From a virus, in the IMG/VR virus record IMGVR_UViG_3300042402_001868, positions 64,001 through 128,000 of that record: a DNA stretch of 64,000 nucleotides, one strand, 5' to 3'. The stretch's first letter is position 1, and each line of letters begins with the position of its first letter. Positions 1-10,072 of this stretch are shown in pieces. Made by a program: the position numbers and the translations under genes. The notes under the pieces are model-generated. The model was not told the origin of the DNA and made no database searches. It saw only the letters and a program-made list of their open reading frames with translations.

Positions 1-1790
1 TTAAAACAAAAATTAATGTGAGCCTTGAGGGTGTGGGCAAGAAAAATGACTACATCAGAGAAGGATCAGACTGGTCCGTATTGGTACGCAACATAGCCCG
101 TCTTAAAGAGGCAGGAATAGAAGTTTTTGTTAATCATGCGTTCAGCAGAACCAGTTTGTTGGCCTTGCCTGAATTGATAGAGTTTTGCACTGCTAACAAT
201 ATATACATTAGTTTTACTCAGTTGACATTACCGACTCATTTGCTGGTGGCTGGTGCGCCAGAATCTGAAAAACAACAATTTTTAACAGCACTAGAAGGCA
301 TGGTAAACCCGCAACATAGAGCATCAGAAATTTTTGTTTACGCAGACATTGTAAAGACAACCAAGTATGATGCAGAAAAAGATGTTGCATTTTGGAAATA
401 CATAGACACCATGGATCAATTACATGATAAAAATTATCAAGAAATCTTCAATGTTAAACCTGATCTGAGCCAACTGTCGGACAAACCGTCAGACCGAACA
501 CCTGAAACATTGTGTTTGGCACCATGGACTCATACTTACTTGAGTCCGCAAACTGAACGCAGAATGTGCTGTGCGTCGAGAGAACCTGCACAGAGCTTTG
601 AACAGTATATTGATACCGCAGCCGGCACAGGCAAATACCTGCCTATCACACTAGAACAACACTGGAATGGCGATCACATGCGTAGTGTACGCACACGCAT
701 GATGGCCGGCGAAACTCTGCCTGAGTGCGAGGTATGCAATAACAAACTATTGAATACTGATGTGTACAGAAGTTATTTTTCGCATCTATTCAAACACAAA
801 ATTGATGAGGTATACAATACAACTGACGAAACTGGTTATACCACAATGAAGCCAGTGAGTTGGGATTATCGTTTCAGCAATCTCTGCAACTTCAAATGCA
901 GAACCTGCGGGGACATGTTGTCAAGTGCCTGGGAAACAGAACAAAAACAAACCAATATGACTGACTGGAGCAAACCCAGAAACAACTGGATGCGTCCCGA
1001 AATAAGAACACAAATATCAGCATTTCAAGACAGTCAAATTGAACAAGAATTTTCAGACGCTGTGGAAGAACACCGTGTGGAGGAAATATACTGGGTAGGC
1101 GGGGAACCCTTGATGTTTGAACAGCACTGGCGCTACATGAAACGCATAGTAGATTTGAGAGACGGACCACGGGTATATGCACGATATAACACAAATCTCA
1201 GCAGGGTAGATTATAAAGGCGTGAATCTTTATCGAGACATTCTTACTCATATCCGTGACTGGCAGATTTGTGCTAGTTTGGATGGTACAGGTGTCACCGG
1301 TGAGTACATACGCACAGGATTAAATTATGAAGAATTCTGTAGAAACTTTGAACAAGGTATTGCTATAAAACAACACAAGAGACAAATGCGACTGGACTTT
1401 ACACTCACACTGCCGGGAATGACAGAAATTTTGGCAATGGAACAGTTGGCAGCATCATATGGGGTGGAGTTATTGGCCAAAGTAATCTTTAGTTTTACTC
1501 CTGATATCATAATGAGTCCATTGGCTCTGCCCAGACCGTTGTTAACGGATTGGATCAACGAATTAATGCCCAAATGCCAAACACAAGTCATGCGTGATAT
1601 GCTGTTGCAATTGCAGTCTAGACCAACGTTTGAAGAACAATGGCCCAGCGAGTATCAAGCAGGATTACGTAAAGGAAAGAATCGTGTGCTACAAATAGAA
1701 CGCATACGAACAGCGCCAACAGATATGGCTACAATATTGAATGCAAGACCTGATGTTAAAGAATGGTGGGACCAAATTGGAACAGATTGA
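1..1790 (+). CDS. Radical SAM protein, 5'-truncated; C-terminal half of one rSAM barrel fused to a complete SPASM/twitch-type rSAM domain
   Basis: Frame is open from position 3 (KTKINVSLEG..NDYIR), so the gene starts upstream of the window. Second domain has CLAPW..CC..CEVC, CNFKCRTC (CxxxCxxC), GGEP, NTN and SLDG. Confidence 0.85.
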   Translation, partial: KTKINVSLEGVGKKNDYIREGSDWSVLVRNIARLKEAGIEVFVNHAFSRTSLLALPELIEFCTANNIYISFTQLTLPTHLLVAGAPESEKQQFLTALEGMVNPQHRASEIFVYADIVKTTKYDAEKDVAFWKYIDTMDQLHDKNYQEIFNVKPDLSQLSDKPSDRTPETLCLAPWTHTYLSPQTERRMCCASREPAQSFEQYIDTAAGTGKYLPITLEQHWNGDHMRSVRTRMMAGETLPECEVCNNKLLNTDVYRSYFSHLFKHKIDEVYNTTDETGYTTMKPVSWDYRFSNLCNFKCRTCGDMLSSAWETEQKQTNMTDWSKPRNNWMRPEIRTQISAFQDSQIEQEFSDAVEEHRVEEIYWVGGEPLMFEQHWRYMKRIVDLRDGPRVYARYNTNLSRVDYKGVNLYRDILTHIRDWQICASLDGTGVTGEYIRTGLNYEEFCRNFEQGIAIKQHKRQMRLDFTLTLPGMTEILAMEQLAASYGVELLAKVIFSFTPDIIMSPLALPRPLLTDWINELMPKCQTQVMRDMLLQLQSRPTFEEQWPSEYQAGLRKGKNRVLQIERIRTAPTDMATILNARPDVKEWWDQIGTD

Positions 1791-2847
1791 AATAACTTTA
1801 AGAAATACACAAACAGGCAAGTTATTGTCGGTGTATGTGGATGTTGAAGACAATAGTCTGAGTCGACGTTGGCTTGGGGCATTAAATCACTTGCTGGAAA
1901 AGAATCTTCATTTAGAAAAGAACTACTGCTGGTTTGGATGGCATGCAGGACCTAGAACAGCAGAATACATATGTGATCAAATTAATCAGTCAATCGCAGC
2001 CATCAATGCAGCCGACATGGGCTATCAAATTACAGATCATTTTGATACCATGAATACCATCACTGCAGGTGCTGTAGGCGATGGCTTGCCTGGTGGCAAG
2101 CTAGTACACCACAAGCTGAATCAACTGCATCGTTACTTTGAAGACCTGCAAGGAGTATCGGGAGCAATGAGTCCATTTTATACTCGTGCAGATGCTGCCA
2201 CTCGCTGGCATATTAGACAATTAAACTTGCTGTGTCACGAATACGAAAGCCTAGTACTGAGCATGCGAAAAGCACAACATGCCCCAGAATGGGTGCGGCC
2301 TAGTCAACTCATGTGTTGGTTAAATGCACCACGTTTTGAACTAGAATCTGAAGATTATGATCTGTTTGGTATAGAAACAATCAATCGCAGTCTAGGCGGT
2401 GTGTATGTGGGTGTGAACAAAGCAGTGGGCAAGCATCATTGGGAAGTGTTTCACGATGAGGGGCGCGATAGTCGCATGGATGAATTAACTACCACAACAC
2501 TACGATCACAAACAGAAGCCGCAGGAGACTTTGATATAGAGTGGGCGCGAGATCCAGGCGCCTATCCCTGGCAGATCAACCAGTTAGCAGAGTTCCGCGA
2601 ATGGTTGGTGGCCAATGGGTTTGATCCTGACAACAAAGCACTCACTATAGGTCACCCCAAGATTGCACAAGTAAACCTGCTCAAGACATTTGGCACAACG
2701 GATGCTGCCACAATCTGGACCATTTTAAATGACTATTTAGATGTGTATAAAATAACAACTAGCCAAGCTAGTGCTATATACAGCTATCACTGGAGCGATG
2801 CAGACTTTGTTGATCGTCAAATACAGTGTATTACACAAGGACCATAA
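1741..2847 (+). CDS. Hypothetical protein (start possibly TTG at 1777)
   Basis: 368-aa ORF coupled to its neighbours; no recognised motif. Confidence 0.7.
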   Translation: MQDLMLKNGGTKLEQIEITLRNTQTGKLLSVYVDVEDNSLSRRWLGALNHLLEKNLHLEKNYCWFGWHAGPRTAEYICDQINQSIAAINAADMGYQITDHFDTMNTITAGAVGDGLPGGKLVHHKLNQLHRYFEDLQGVSGAMSPFYTRADAATRWHIRQLNLLCHEYESLVLSMRKAQHAPEWVRPSQLMCWLNAPRFELESEDYDLFGIETINRSLGGVYVGVNKAVGKHHWEVFHDEGRDSRMDELTTTTLRSQTEAAGDFDIEWARDPGAYPWQINQLAEFREWLVANGFDPDNKALTIGHPKIAQVNLLKTFGTTDAATIWTILNDYLDVYKITTSQASAIYSYHWSDADFVDRQIQCITQGP

Positions 2848-2848
2848 T

Positions 2849-2950
2849 ATGAACTGGCTTAAAAACTTATACAATAGAATTCGATTAGAAATTCGCTATC
2901 GCCGAAAACTAAAAGAACTGCGCAAAAGAGATCCATTTATCTACAAATGA
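2849..2950 (+). CDS. Small basic peptide MNWLKNLYNRIRLEIRYRRKLKELRKRDPFIYK (33 aa)
   Basis: Read directly; fills the intergenic gap exactly and its TGA overlaps the carbamoyltransferase ATG (ATGA). Confidence 0.7.
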   Translation: MNWLKNLYNRIRLEIRYRRKLKELRKRDPFIYK

Positions 2951-4422
2951 AAATACTAGGAATTTCAGCAGGGTTTCACGACGCTGCCGTTACTGTAATT
3001 CATAATGGCGATATTCTTTTTGCTGGACATAGCGAGCGGTATTCAAAGCAAAAGAATGATGCCAACATCTGCTCTGAACTGTTACAGGATGCTGTCAACG
3101 GCACAGTAGATCATGTGGCTTACTATGAGCGTCCGTGGTTGAAACAACTGCGACAATGGTATGCTGGCCAAGGCATTGAGTGGAACAAATTCACTCTAAA
3201 ACAAGTGCTGGAGCAACAGGTGCCCGAAGTAATGCAGGCAGCACCCAGCACAAGCACACACAATCATCATGCTTGCCATGCGGCAGCAGGATTCCAAACA
3301 AGCCCGTATGATCGTGCCACTGTAGTAGTAATAGATGCAGTGGGCGAGTTTGACACAATAACAATTTGGGCGGCAGAATATGATTCTAAAGGCATGGCAA
3401 AGTATCAAAAACTTTGGGCACAACATTATCCACATTCAATTGGACTGTTCTACAGTGCGGCTACTAGCAGTGTTGGCCTACGCCCACTAGACGAAGAATA
3501 CATCTTAATGGGTATGGCCGCTTATGGCAATGCTACGCAAGCGGTTAGCATGCAAAAACTAGTAAAAGACTCAGACAAAATTCAATTCCGTGACAATCTG
3601 CACACGGGCATTGACAGTCGATATCTACAGGATCTTGAAGAATTTGACATTGCTGCCGGGGCACAAGCCATTGCAGAACAATTAATTAACTCAGTCATGC
3701 GCAGAGCACGTGACTTCAACTTCAGTACTAATTTAGTCTACATGGGCGGTGTGGCTCTTAACTGTAGTGCTAATCGTAATTTAGGAAAATACTTTGATAA
3801 CATTTGGATTATGCCTTGCCCCAGCGACGCTGGTTCTAGCCTGGGCGCGGCAGCACTAGCTTACAGGAAACAAATACATTGGACCAATGCCTATCTGGGC
3901 CATGATATCTCTGGTGATTATCCTGTCACTGATGTTATGGACAACCTGTTACGGGATAAAATTGTGGGGGTGGCCAGCGGTCGTGCTGAATTTGGACCCA
4001 GGGCTCTGGGCAATAGATCACTATTGGCAGACCCACGTGGCGCAGACATAAAAGATCGTGTGAATGAAATCAAGCGCAGACAGCAATTCAGACCGTTTGC
4101 ACCTGTGATTCTTGAAGAGCATGTGGATATGTATTTTGACATGCCCCGGGGTTTCTCTGACAGTAGATATATGCAAGTGATTGCTCGCTGTAGGCATCCT
4201 CACATATTTCCTGCCATTGTTCATCGCGACGGAACTAGTCGTGTACAAACAGTTCCCCGAGATGGCTCGGGAATTCGACTGCTACTAGAAGCATGGTACG
4301 CAAAAACAGGCTGTCCTATGTTGCTTAACACAAGTTTAAACATACGTGGAGAACCCATGGTAAATGATCGTGCAGATGCCGACCGATTTGAAGAGTTATA
4401 CAATGTAAAGGTATGTTCATAA
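2947..4422 (+). CDS. Carbamoyltransferase, NodU/CmcH/TobZ family
   Basis: HDAA, ERYS, HHxxH, DAVGE, GGVALNC, GRAEFGPRALGNRS, FRPFAP and NTSLN motifs. Confidence 0.95.
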   Translation: MKILGISAGFHDAAVTVIHNGDILFAGHSERYSKQKNDANICSELLQDAVNGTVDHVAYYERPWLKQLRQWYAGQGIEWNKFTLKQVLEQQVPEVMQAAPSTSTHNHHACHAAAGFQTSPYDRATVVVIDAVGEFDTITIWAAEYDSKGMAKYQKLWAQHYPHSIGLFYSAATSSVGLRPLDEEYILMGMAAYGNATQAVSMQKLVKDSDKIQFRDNLHTGIDSRYLQDLEEFDIAAGAQAIAEQLINSVMRRARDFNFSTNLVYMGGVALNCSANRNLGKYFDNIWIMPCPSDAGSSLGAAALAYRKQIHWTNAYLGHDISGDYPVTDVMDNLLRDKIVGVASGRAEFGPRALGNRSLLADPRGADIKDRVNEIKRRQQFRPFAPVILEEHVDMYFDMPRGFSDSRYMQVIARCRHPHIFPAIVHRDGTSRVQTVPRDGSGIRLLLEAWYAKTGCPMLLNTSLNIRGEPMVNDRADADRFEELYNVKVCS

Positions 4423-4423
4423 T

Positions 4424-5704
4424 ATGGACAATAAAAGAGTTTTCCCGATCAACACCGACACTGGGTGTTTGTTAAAATGGGCATGGTCAACTGTGTTTCT
4501 TCGTCAAGGCACAAGTTCCAGCTGTCATAGAACAGATCAAGCACCAATACCCCCGGGAGATTTTGCAAGTTTTCATAACTTACCTAACAAAGTTGCCGCA
4601 CGTGAATTGATGTTGCAGGGCGGTTGGCCACAAGGCGGATGTCAGTACTGCGAAAAGATTGAAGCAGCCGGGGGCATGAGCGATCGTCAGTATCAACTGC
4701 ATGCTGGACATGATCATGATCGTACTCCTAGAGAACTGTTGCAAGACCCCACGCAAACAGAAGTTGTGCCCACCATACTAGAAGTGTATTTTAACAATAC
4801 CTGTAACATGAGTTGCTTGTACTGCGGTAGTCATTTCAGTTCAAAGTGGGAAGAAGAAAACAAACGGTTTGGCATGTACGAGAACACTCCCAAGACAGTG
4901 GCATTTGGCTGGGACACCAAACAACCAGACCTAGACTATGATAAAATGCTGGCTGATTTCTGGAAATATCTCCACGACAAAGATAGATATCTACACATTA
5001 GACAATATCAAATTGCCGGAGGCGAGCCATTCCATCAGGTAGAACTGGAAGCCAGTATAGACTTTTGGGATAACCATCCCAATCCTGAACTAACATTTAA
5101 TTTTATTACCAATTTAAAAGTCACCCCCAAGAAGTTTCAATCCACTATTGACCGCTTGGGTCGCATGGTAGATCAAGGCAAACTCAAACGTGTACAAATT
5201 AGTTCAAGCCTGGATGCCTGGGGACCGCAACAGGAGTATGTGCGGTGGGGACTAGACTTGGCAGAGTGGCAGGAAAACTTTGAATATTGCCTGGACAAAC
5301 CATTTATTCAACAGTGTATCAATTCAGCAATCAATCCCTTGACTGTGAAGACCATGCCAGAATTGATTCACAGAATGAATGATTGGAATGATCGCTGTTC
5401 ACCCAACAAGCAAATTGCCTACAGCTTTATGACAGTGATGGCACCAAACTGGATGGATCCTGCTATCTTTGGTGCAGGCGTGTTTGAACAAGACTTTGAA
5501 AAAATACTTGCAGCCATGCGGGAAAACACCGACATGGAACGCAGTGCCAAGCATCACATGGAAGGCATTGGGCGACAAATTGCTGCCGCACCACGCAACA
5601 TTGAACTAATCAATGGACTTAAAGATTATGTTACTGAACTTGATCGCCGTAGAGGAACACAATGGCAGGAACTATTTCCCTGGCTTGATCAGGACTGGAA
5701 ATAA
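4424..5704 (+). CDS. Radical SAM protein with N-terminal Cys cluster
   Basis: CNMSCLYC, GGEP, SLD; N-terminal C..SCH..CQYC. Confidence 0.88.
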   Translation: MDNKRVFPINTDTGCLLKWAWSTVFLRQGTSSSCHRTDQAPIPPGDFASFHNLPNKVAARELMLQGGWPQGGCQYCEKIEAAGGMSDRQYQLHAGHDHDRTPRELLQDPTQTEVVPTILEVYFNNTCNMSCLYCGSHFSSKWEEENKRFGMYENTPKTVAFGWDTKQPDLDYDKMLADFWKYLHDKDRYLHIRQYQIAGGEPFHQVELEASIDFWDNHPNPELTFNFITNLKVTPKKFQSTIDRLGRMVDQGKLKRVQISSSLDAWGPQQEYVRWGLDLAEWQENFEYCLDKPFIQQCINSAINPLTVKTMPELIHRMNDWNDRCSPNKQIAYSFMTVMAPNWMDPAIFGAGVFEQDFEKILAAMRENTDMERSAKHHMEGIGRQIAAAPRNIELINGLKDYVTELDRRRGTQWQELFPWLDQDWK

Positions 5705-6975
5705 GGCGCCCACTCGGGTACAACATCTACTAACTTCTTTTTGCTCACAGTGTCTTCGAGTCGAATATGCTCAATGAACTGTGGTAGATAAGCAGGGTCG
5801 TATGGTGTTGATTCTATCACACTGATCACACGATCCACCAGCTGTGTGTAGTAAGTTTCGTATATGGCTGTGTTGTTTGCAAAACGTTCACGACCTGACC
5901 GCAATCTGCTCAATGCAATTTCACGTAGTTCAGGCGGCACAGCACCTTGCCCCAGGTGATCAACTCGGAACACAGGACTGATGTTGATAAAGCTACCAGC
6001 TACATCTTCAGGATTGTGCGGCCCAAACCCGGACTCGTAACACCAGTTGATAAAATCCATTGCACTGAATACATTTATACCAGTTAACACATAGTTAACA
6101 ACTGTGCTGATATATTCATGATCCATTAGTTCCAGTGCATTTGCACTTAGACTGGCCCATTTAGCACCTCTACGTTGATATTCAATCACATCACCCACAC
6201 CATCAACACTGACATTGTAGATAACCTGTTTGAATTTACGGAACTTTTCGTCCAGTGCAGATGCGCTACTACTGGCATTGGTCAACAGTGTGATAAGAAT
6301 ATTTTTGGCTAGATCTTTTTCTATTAGATAATCCATTATTTCATGCACCTGGCTTTGCAGTGCAGTCTCGCCACCAGTGAAGTTGATCAATTGCACTTTG
6401 TCCAGTACTGAATAAAAGTCGGGATCAGCGGCGTTGAGTACAATTTTTTCTTGTTTCTTCATTACCTGTACTTCAAATGTTTGACGCTTGCTAGATGCAC
6501 CACCAGCACACATCACACAAGAATAGTTGCAGTAGTTGCTGGGATAATAGTCTAGAGTAATAATATCGTGAACATTGTAATCGTCGTTGATAATTTGTTT
6601 AACTTCAGACACAATGTCTGACTGCAAAAACTGTGCAAGAAATTTATTATTCTGTTGTCTAGGACTTGATACACCAGACTTTTCGTTATAGCTACAAGAT
6701 CTGCAGTCATAGATGTCGTGAAACTTGTCCTGAACAAAATCTTGTCGCATTTGTTTCCATACCGGTGCATTGCGTGTGTTGTGTATGCTGTTGTTTGTGA
6801 TGTTCCATTTGTTCATGTCGTCAGACATGACAATACTGCAAGGACGCACACTGTTGGGCATGCCTTGTTGAGCAATGGGAATAACATTGTTGGTTTGATA
6901 AAATGCCCCAAAGAATGGATACAAACAGATGTGCTTGCCTAGTTCTTGATATATGTTATCTAAATTGTTCATCAA
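5689..6975 (-). CDS. Radical SAM protein with N-terminal SPASM-like motif
   Basis: CNYSCVMC, GGET, TNA, SVDG; N-terminal CLYPF..PC..CRSC. Confidence 0.88.
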   Translation of the reverse strand: MMNNLDNIYQELGKHICLYPFFGAFYQTNNVIPIAQQGMPNSVRPCSIVMSDDMNKWNITNNSIHNTRNAPVWKQMRQDFVQDKFHDIYDCRSCSYNEKSGVSSPRQQNNKFLAQFLQSDIVSEVKQIINDDYNVHDIITLDYYPSNYCNYSCVMCAGGASSKRQTFEVQVMKKQEKIVLNAADPDFYSVLDKVQLINFTGGETALQSQVHEIMDYLIEKDLAKNILITLLTNASSSASALDEKFRKFKQVIYNVSVDGVGDVIEYQRRGAKWASLSANALELMDHEYISTVVNYVLTGINVFSAMDFINWCYESGFGPHNPEDVAGSFINISPVFRVDHLGQGAVPPELREIALSRLRSGRERFANNTAIYETYYTQLVDRVISVIESTPYDPAYLPQFIEHIRLEDTVSKKKLVDVVPEWAPYFQS

Positions 6976-8027
6976 ATTCTTTCTTTACAAAGAGCAATCA
7001 AGCTAGGGTTGAAATTGATTGTGCTGTCGGGTATGTCTACATGTTGTTTATAAATTGCCACTAGATTATTCACAGTAACGTCATGAAGTTCATGCCCAGC
7101 GTTGCCAATTACATCATGCTCGGTATAGCTACTCCAGGTGCCCCAGTCTTCTAGTCTATTGATCACCCCACGGAACTGGTATCGATAGCACAAGTCTACA
7201 AAATTTTGCATGTCACTGTAGTTGTCTTTTTGCAGTACAAACTTTAACAGTACTTCGGATTTGGTTTGATCGCACAATGCTCGCAAATAATCAAAGTTCT
7301 TGATCAGTTGTGTAAATGTTCCGCCGAGTCTAACTTTCTCGTATACCTCGGCTGAGCCTGCATCTATGCTGATAAAATACTGTGTGATGTTGTTGATAAT
7401 AGGAGAATCGGTTAATTGCTTTTCTAACAACAGCCCGTTTGTAAACAGTCTTATGGTTTGATTTTTCTTGGGTACAAATCTATGTATCAATGGGCGCATG
7501 ATGTGGCTGGCCAATGGGTCACCATTTCCAGACATTACTATGTGTATCGGATGCTCAAACTTTTCCAGCATGTCCACCAGGTGATTGACCTGTGCTAGTT
7601 TACGATCAAAATCGCTGCCACTGCTGAGCATTACAGCAGATGGTCTGCAACTGGGACATCTTAGATTACAACTTTCATCTATGTTGATTGAAAGATAATA
7701 TCCTTGTTGATGCACAGATTTATCCAACACACCACACCGGTCCACAGCACAGTGAGTAAACTCTCCAGAATCTATGTCTTGTTGTAGTAGTTTAGCAGAT
7801 GGACTGGACCATACTTGATTTAAGTTAGTAAAATCGGATATGTTGCCCACTGATATTGGCAGCCAAGCTTCACATGAACACACAAAGCATTCGCCAGTCC
7901 AGTCTACCACAAGTTGTGTCGACGGAGCATTGCAATAATTGTTGATTTTTAATTTTAAATCTTTGTTTCGCAGTATTGATTTGTAACTGTGTTGATTCTG
8001 TATGGGAATAGTAAATTGATAACTCAT
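6972..8027 (-). CDS. Radical SAM protein with N-terminal SPASM-like motif
   Basis: CNLRCPSC, GDP, TNG, SIDA; start placed at the ATGA overlap (8027). Confidence 0.88.
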   Translation of the reverse strand: MSYQFTIPIQNQHSYKSILRNKDLKLKINNYCNAPSTQLVVDWTGECFVCSCEAWLPISVGNISDFTNLNQVWSSPSAKLLQQDIDSGEFTHCAVDRCGVLDKSVHQQGYYLSINIDESCNLRCPSCRPSAVMLSSGSDFDRKLAQVNHLVDMLEKFEHPIHIVMSGNGDPLASHIMRPLIHRFVPKKNQTIRLFTNGLLLEKQLTDSPIINNITQYFISIDAGSAEVYEKVRLGGTFTQLIKNFDYLRALCDQTKSEVLLKFVLQKDNYSDMQNFVDLCYRYQFRGVINRLEDWGTWSSYTEHDVIGNAGHELHDVTVNNLVAIYKQHVDIPDSTINFNPSLIALCKERI

Positions 8028-9043
8028 TTGCATCCTCCGCACATGTTGTTACATGCTACCAGTCTGCCTTCAGCATACGTGGGCTTGTCCCAGGTCCGTT
8101 CCACTTGATCAAACCATTCTAAACATTCAGCCATGGTGTACTCCAATGCACTGTTACGTGATATCAGCGGACGCAGTTGTGTGTTGACCACATTGAGATA
8201 GTTGGCACTACCGTGCCCGTAAGTCTTAGGGTTGAACCCAAGATAGCAACAAGGATACACTTCTCCAATGCTGTTGATGTAAACTGTTTTGGTTTCAATG
8301 GCTTCACAAGAAATAGGAGTTTTAATTGGCTCAGGACATCCTGCAACATCTGCTATTGCATCAGGTCTGGCATAGCGTTCATAAATGGTGTCAAAGTTTG
8401 TGAGATCTGTTGTGCCCATCACAAACACCAGCTTCTTATCTGCATCAAACACAGGTCCCACATTGCGCTTGTGATCAATCAATTCAAACCGTTCAAACCC
8501 TATGTCTATACTGAGTTGTTCAGCTTGAGTTTGCTGATGCCTGTTGTGATCAAAATCAATCATTTTCCAAATAGCATGCCCGCCGGCAGCAATGAAAGTC
8601 TGTGCATTTCGAATCACAGTTGAATACATGGTGTTGCGTCTGTATATGCTGTGAGTATCTTCTAATCCGTCTAGGCAAAAATGCACCACAACGTCTAGTT
8701 TGGCCAGCTGTGTCCAGAACACACGGTCTCTGGCGCCACCGTTGGTGTTTATAGTTATGAGAGCCTGATTGCCAAGATGTTGTTTGAAATATTCAAGTAT
8801 TGGTATGGCGTCAAAGTTCATCACAATATCGCCAAAGTTACCATTTATTGTTATTTTATCAAGATGATTTAAAAACGCAGGAGTGAATATCTTTTGCGCT
8901 TCTGCCAAGGTCATTGAATGTTCTTCGTAGCCATCATTGTGCGGATACCCACACAAGTTACGAGGACACTTGGGGCAGGCAGCATTGCACTCGCTGGATA
9001 TTTCCAGGTGTACTTTCCTAATGTCCTCTACTGCGTACAACAT
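8024..9043 (-). CDS. Radical SAM protein with C-terminal SPASM/twitch domain
   Basis: CNAACPKC, TNG, LDG; C-terminal C..GEVYPCC..CNNMC. Confidence 0.9.
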   Translation of the reverse strand: MLYAVEDIRKVHLEISSECNAACPKCPRNLCGYPHNDGYEEHSMTLAEAQKIFTPAFLNHLDKITINGNFGDIVMNFDAIPILEYFKQHLGNQALITINTNGGARDRVFWTQLAKLDVVVHFCLDGLEDTHSIYRRNTMYSTVIRNAQTFIAAGGHAIWKMIDFDHNRHQQTQAEQLSIDIGFERFELIDHKRNVGPVFDADKKLVFVMGTTDLTNFDTIYERYARPDAIADVAGCPEPIKTPISCEAIETKTVYINSIGEVYPCCYLGFNPKTYGHGSANYLNVVNTQLRPLISRNSALEYTMAECLEWFDQVERTWDKPTYAEGRLVACNNMCGGCK

Positions 9044-9046
9044 ACT

Positions 9047-10072
9047 TTACAAGTACGTTTCCAGGCCGCCACGACGTGTTAGGTCTTGTGTACAACATGA
9101 GATGCCGCCGTCCCAGAAATAGCTGTGACGCAGTTCACTGATGATGGGATTGATACGATGCTTCTTACAATAGTCAAACACTTCTTTGTTGTAGGCACTA
9201 AAGATAACGTTCTCTTCATCCAGTACCAGGCAGTTGACATCAAACACAGTTTCGGCAACAAAGCCAGTCCACTTGTTTAGATACTTGTCCACAAAGTCTG
9301 TGAACTCAGGTGTAGGTGTTTGTCCTTGTACATACCAAGCACCTGGTGATTGCTCGTACTTGAACTTGCCCACTTCCATAGCGGCCCAAATTGAACTATC
9401 CCAGATCTTGCATACGTCCCATCCTGGAAAGTCTTTGCCTAGATCTAAGTTGACATCGTGTTTGGAACTTAGTAGCACACCAGGCTTGAGAATAGCAAAC
9501 ACAGCATCACCGTGTCCGTCTGTGATGGCTTCGTGAATACGATAACCTTCTCCTAGTACATTGTCCACAATCCAACGAGTTTGATCAGGACGCAAGAAAT
9601 CTGAGTTATCAAAGAACACATCTCGCCCCACACGCACAATACAGCTGGCACTTGCACCATTTAAGATACAATCTTCGTCCCATCGTGATTTGTGCGGGTT
9701 AACAACTTGATCGCCAAAGTCAGCACAGATATCATCCAGCTCTTCCATGTTCAGCACACGTAGAAGTTTGTCGCCTAGGGTGATTTGCCAGTCGCGTGGG
9801 GTCAGTGGCGGCAGCGGAGCACCTCCTCCTTCAGTTTGATGCCAGATAAACGAGTCTTTACCAGGCAAGTTAGGGCGACGAACTCGAGCACCGTACTTCT
9901 CAATGGTCTTTTGCAAGCCGTCAAGATCCTCTTCGGTTTCGTGTAGAATCTGTTGCAGTTGGTTACGCACTTGTGGATTGTCAATAAAGTCAAAGTAATC
10001 AGGTGAGTAGGCACGACCCACAATGACCTCTTCAAGAGGTTGCCAGCTGGTATAGGAGTTGATTTTGTTCAT
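9047..10072 (-). CDS. Amidinotransferase (pentein family, GatA/StrB1-like)
   Basis: SWQPLEEVIVG, PRD, GHGD and C-terminal DGGISCCTQDL with the catalytic Cys. Confidence 0.85.
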   Translation of the reverse strand: MNKINSYTSWQPLEEVIVGRAYSPDYFDFIDNPQVRNQLQQILHETEEDLDGLQKTIEKYGARVRRPNLPGKDSFIWHQTEGGGAPLPPLTPRDWQITLGDKLLRVLNMEELDDICADFGDQVVNPHKSRWDEDCILNGASASCIVRVGRDVFFDNSDFLRPDQTRWIVDNVLGEGYRIHEAITDGHGDAVFAILKPGVLLSSKHDVNLDLGKDFPGWDVCKIWDSSIWAAMEVGKFKYEQSPGAWYVQGQTPTPEFTDFVDKYLNKWTGFVAETVFDVNCLVLDEENVIFSAYNKEVFDYCKKHRINPIISELRHSYFWDGGISCCTQDLTRRGGLETYL

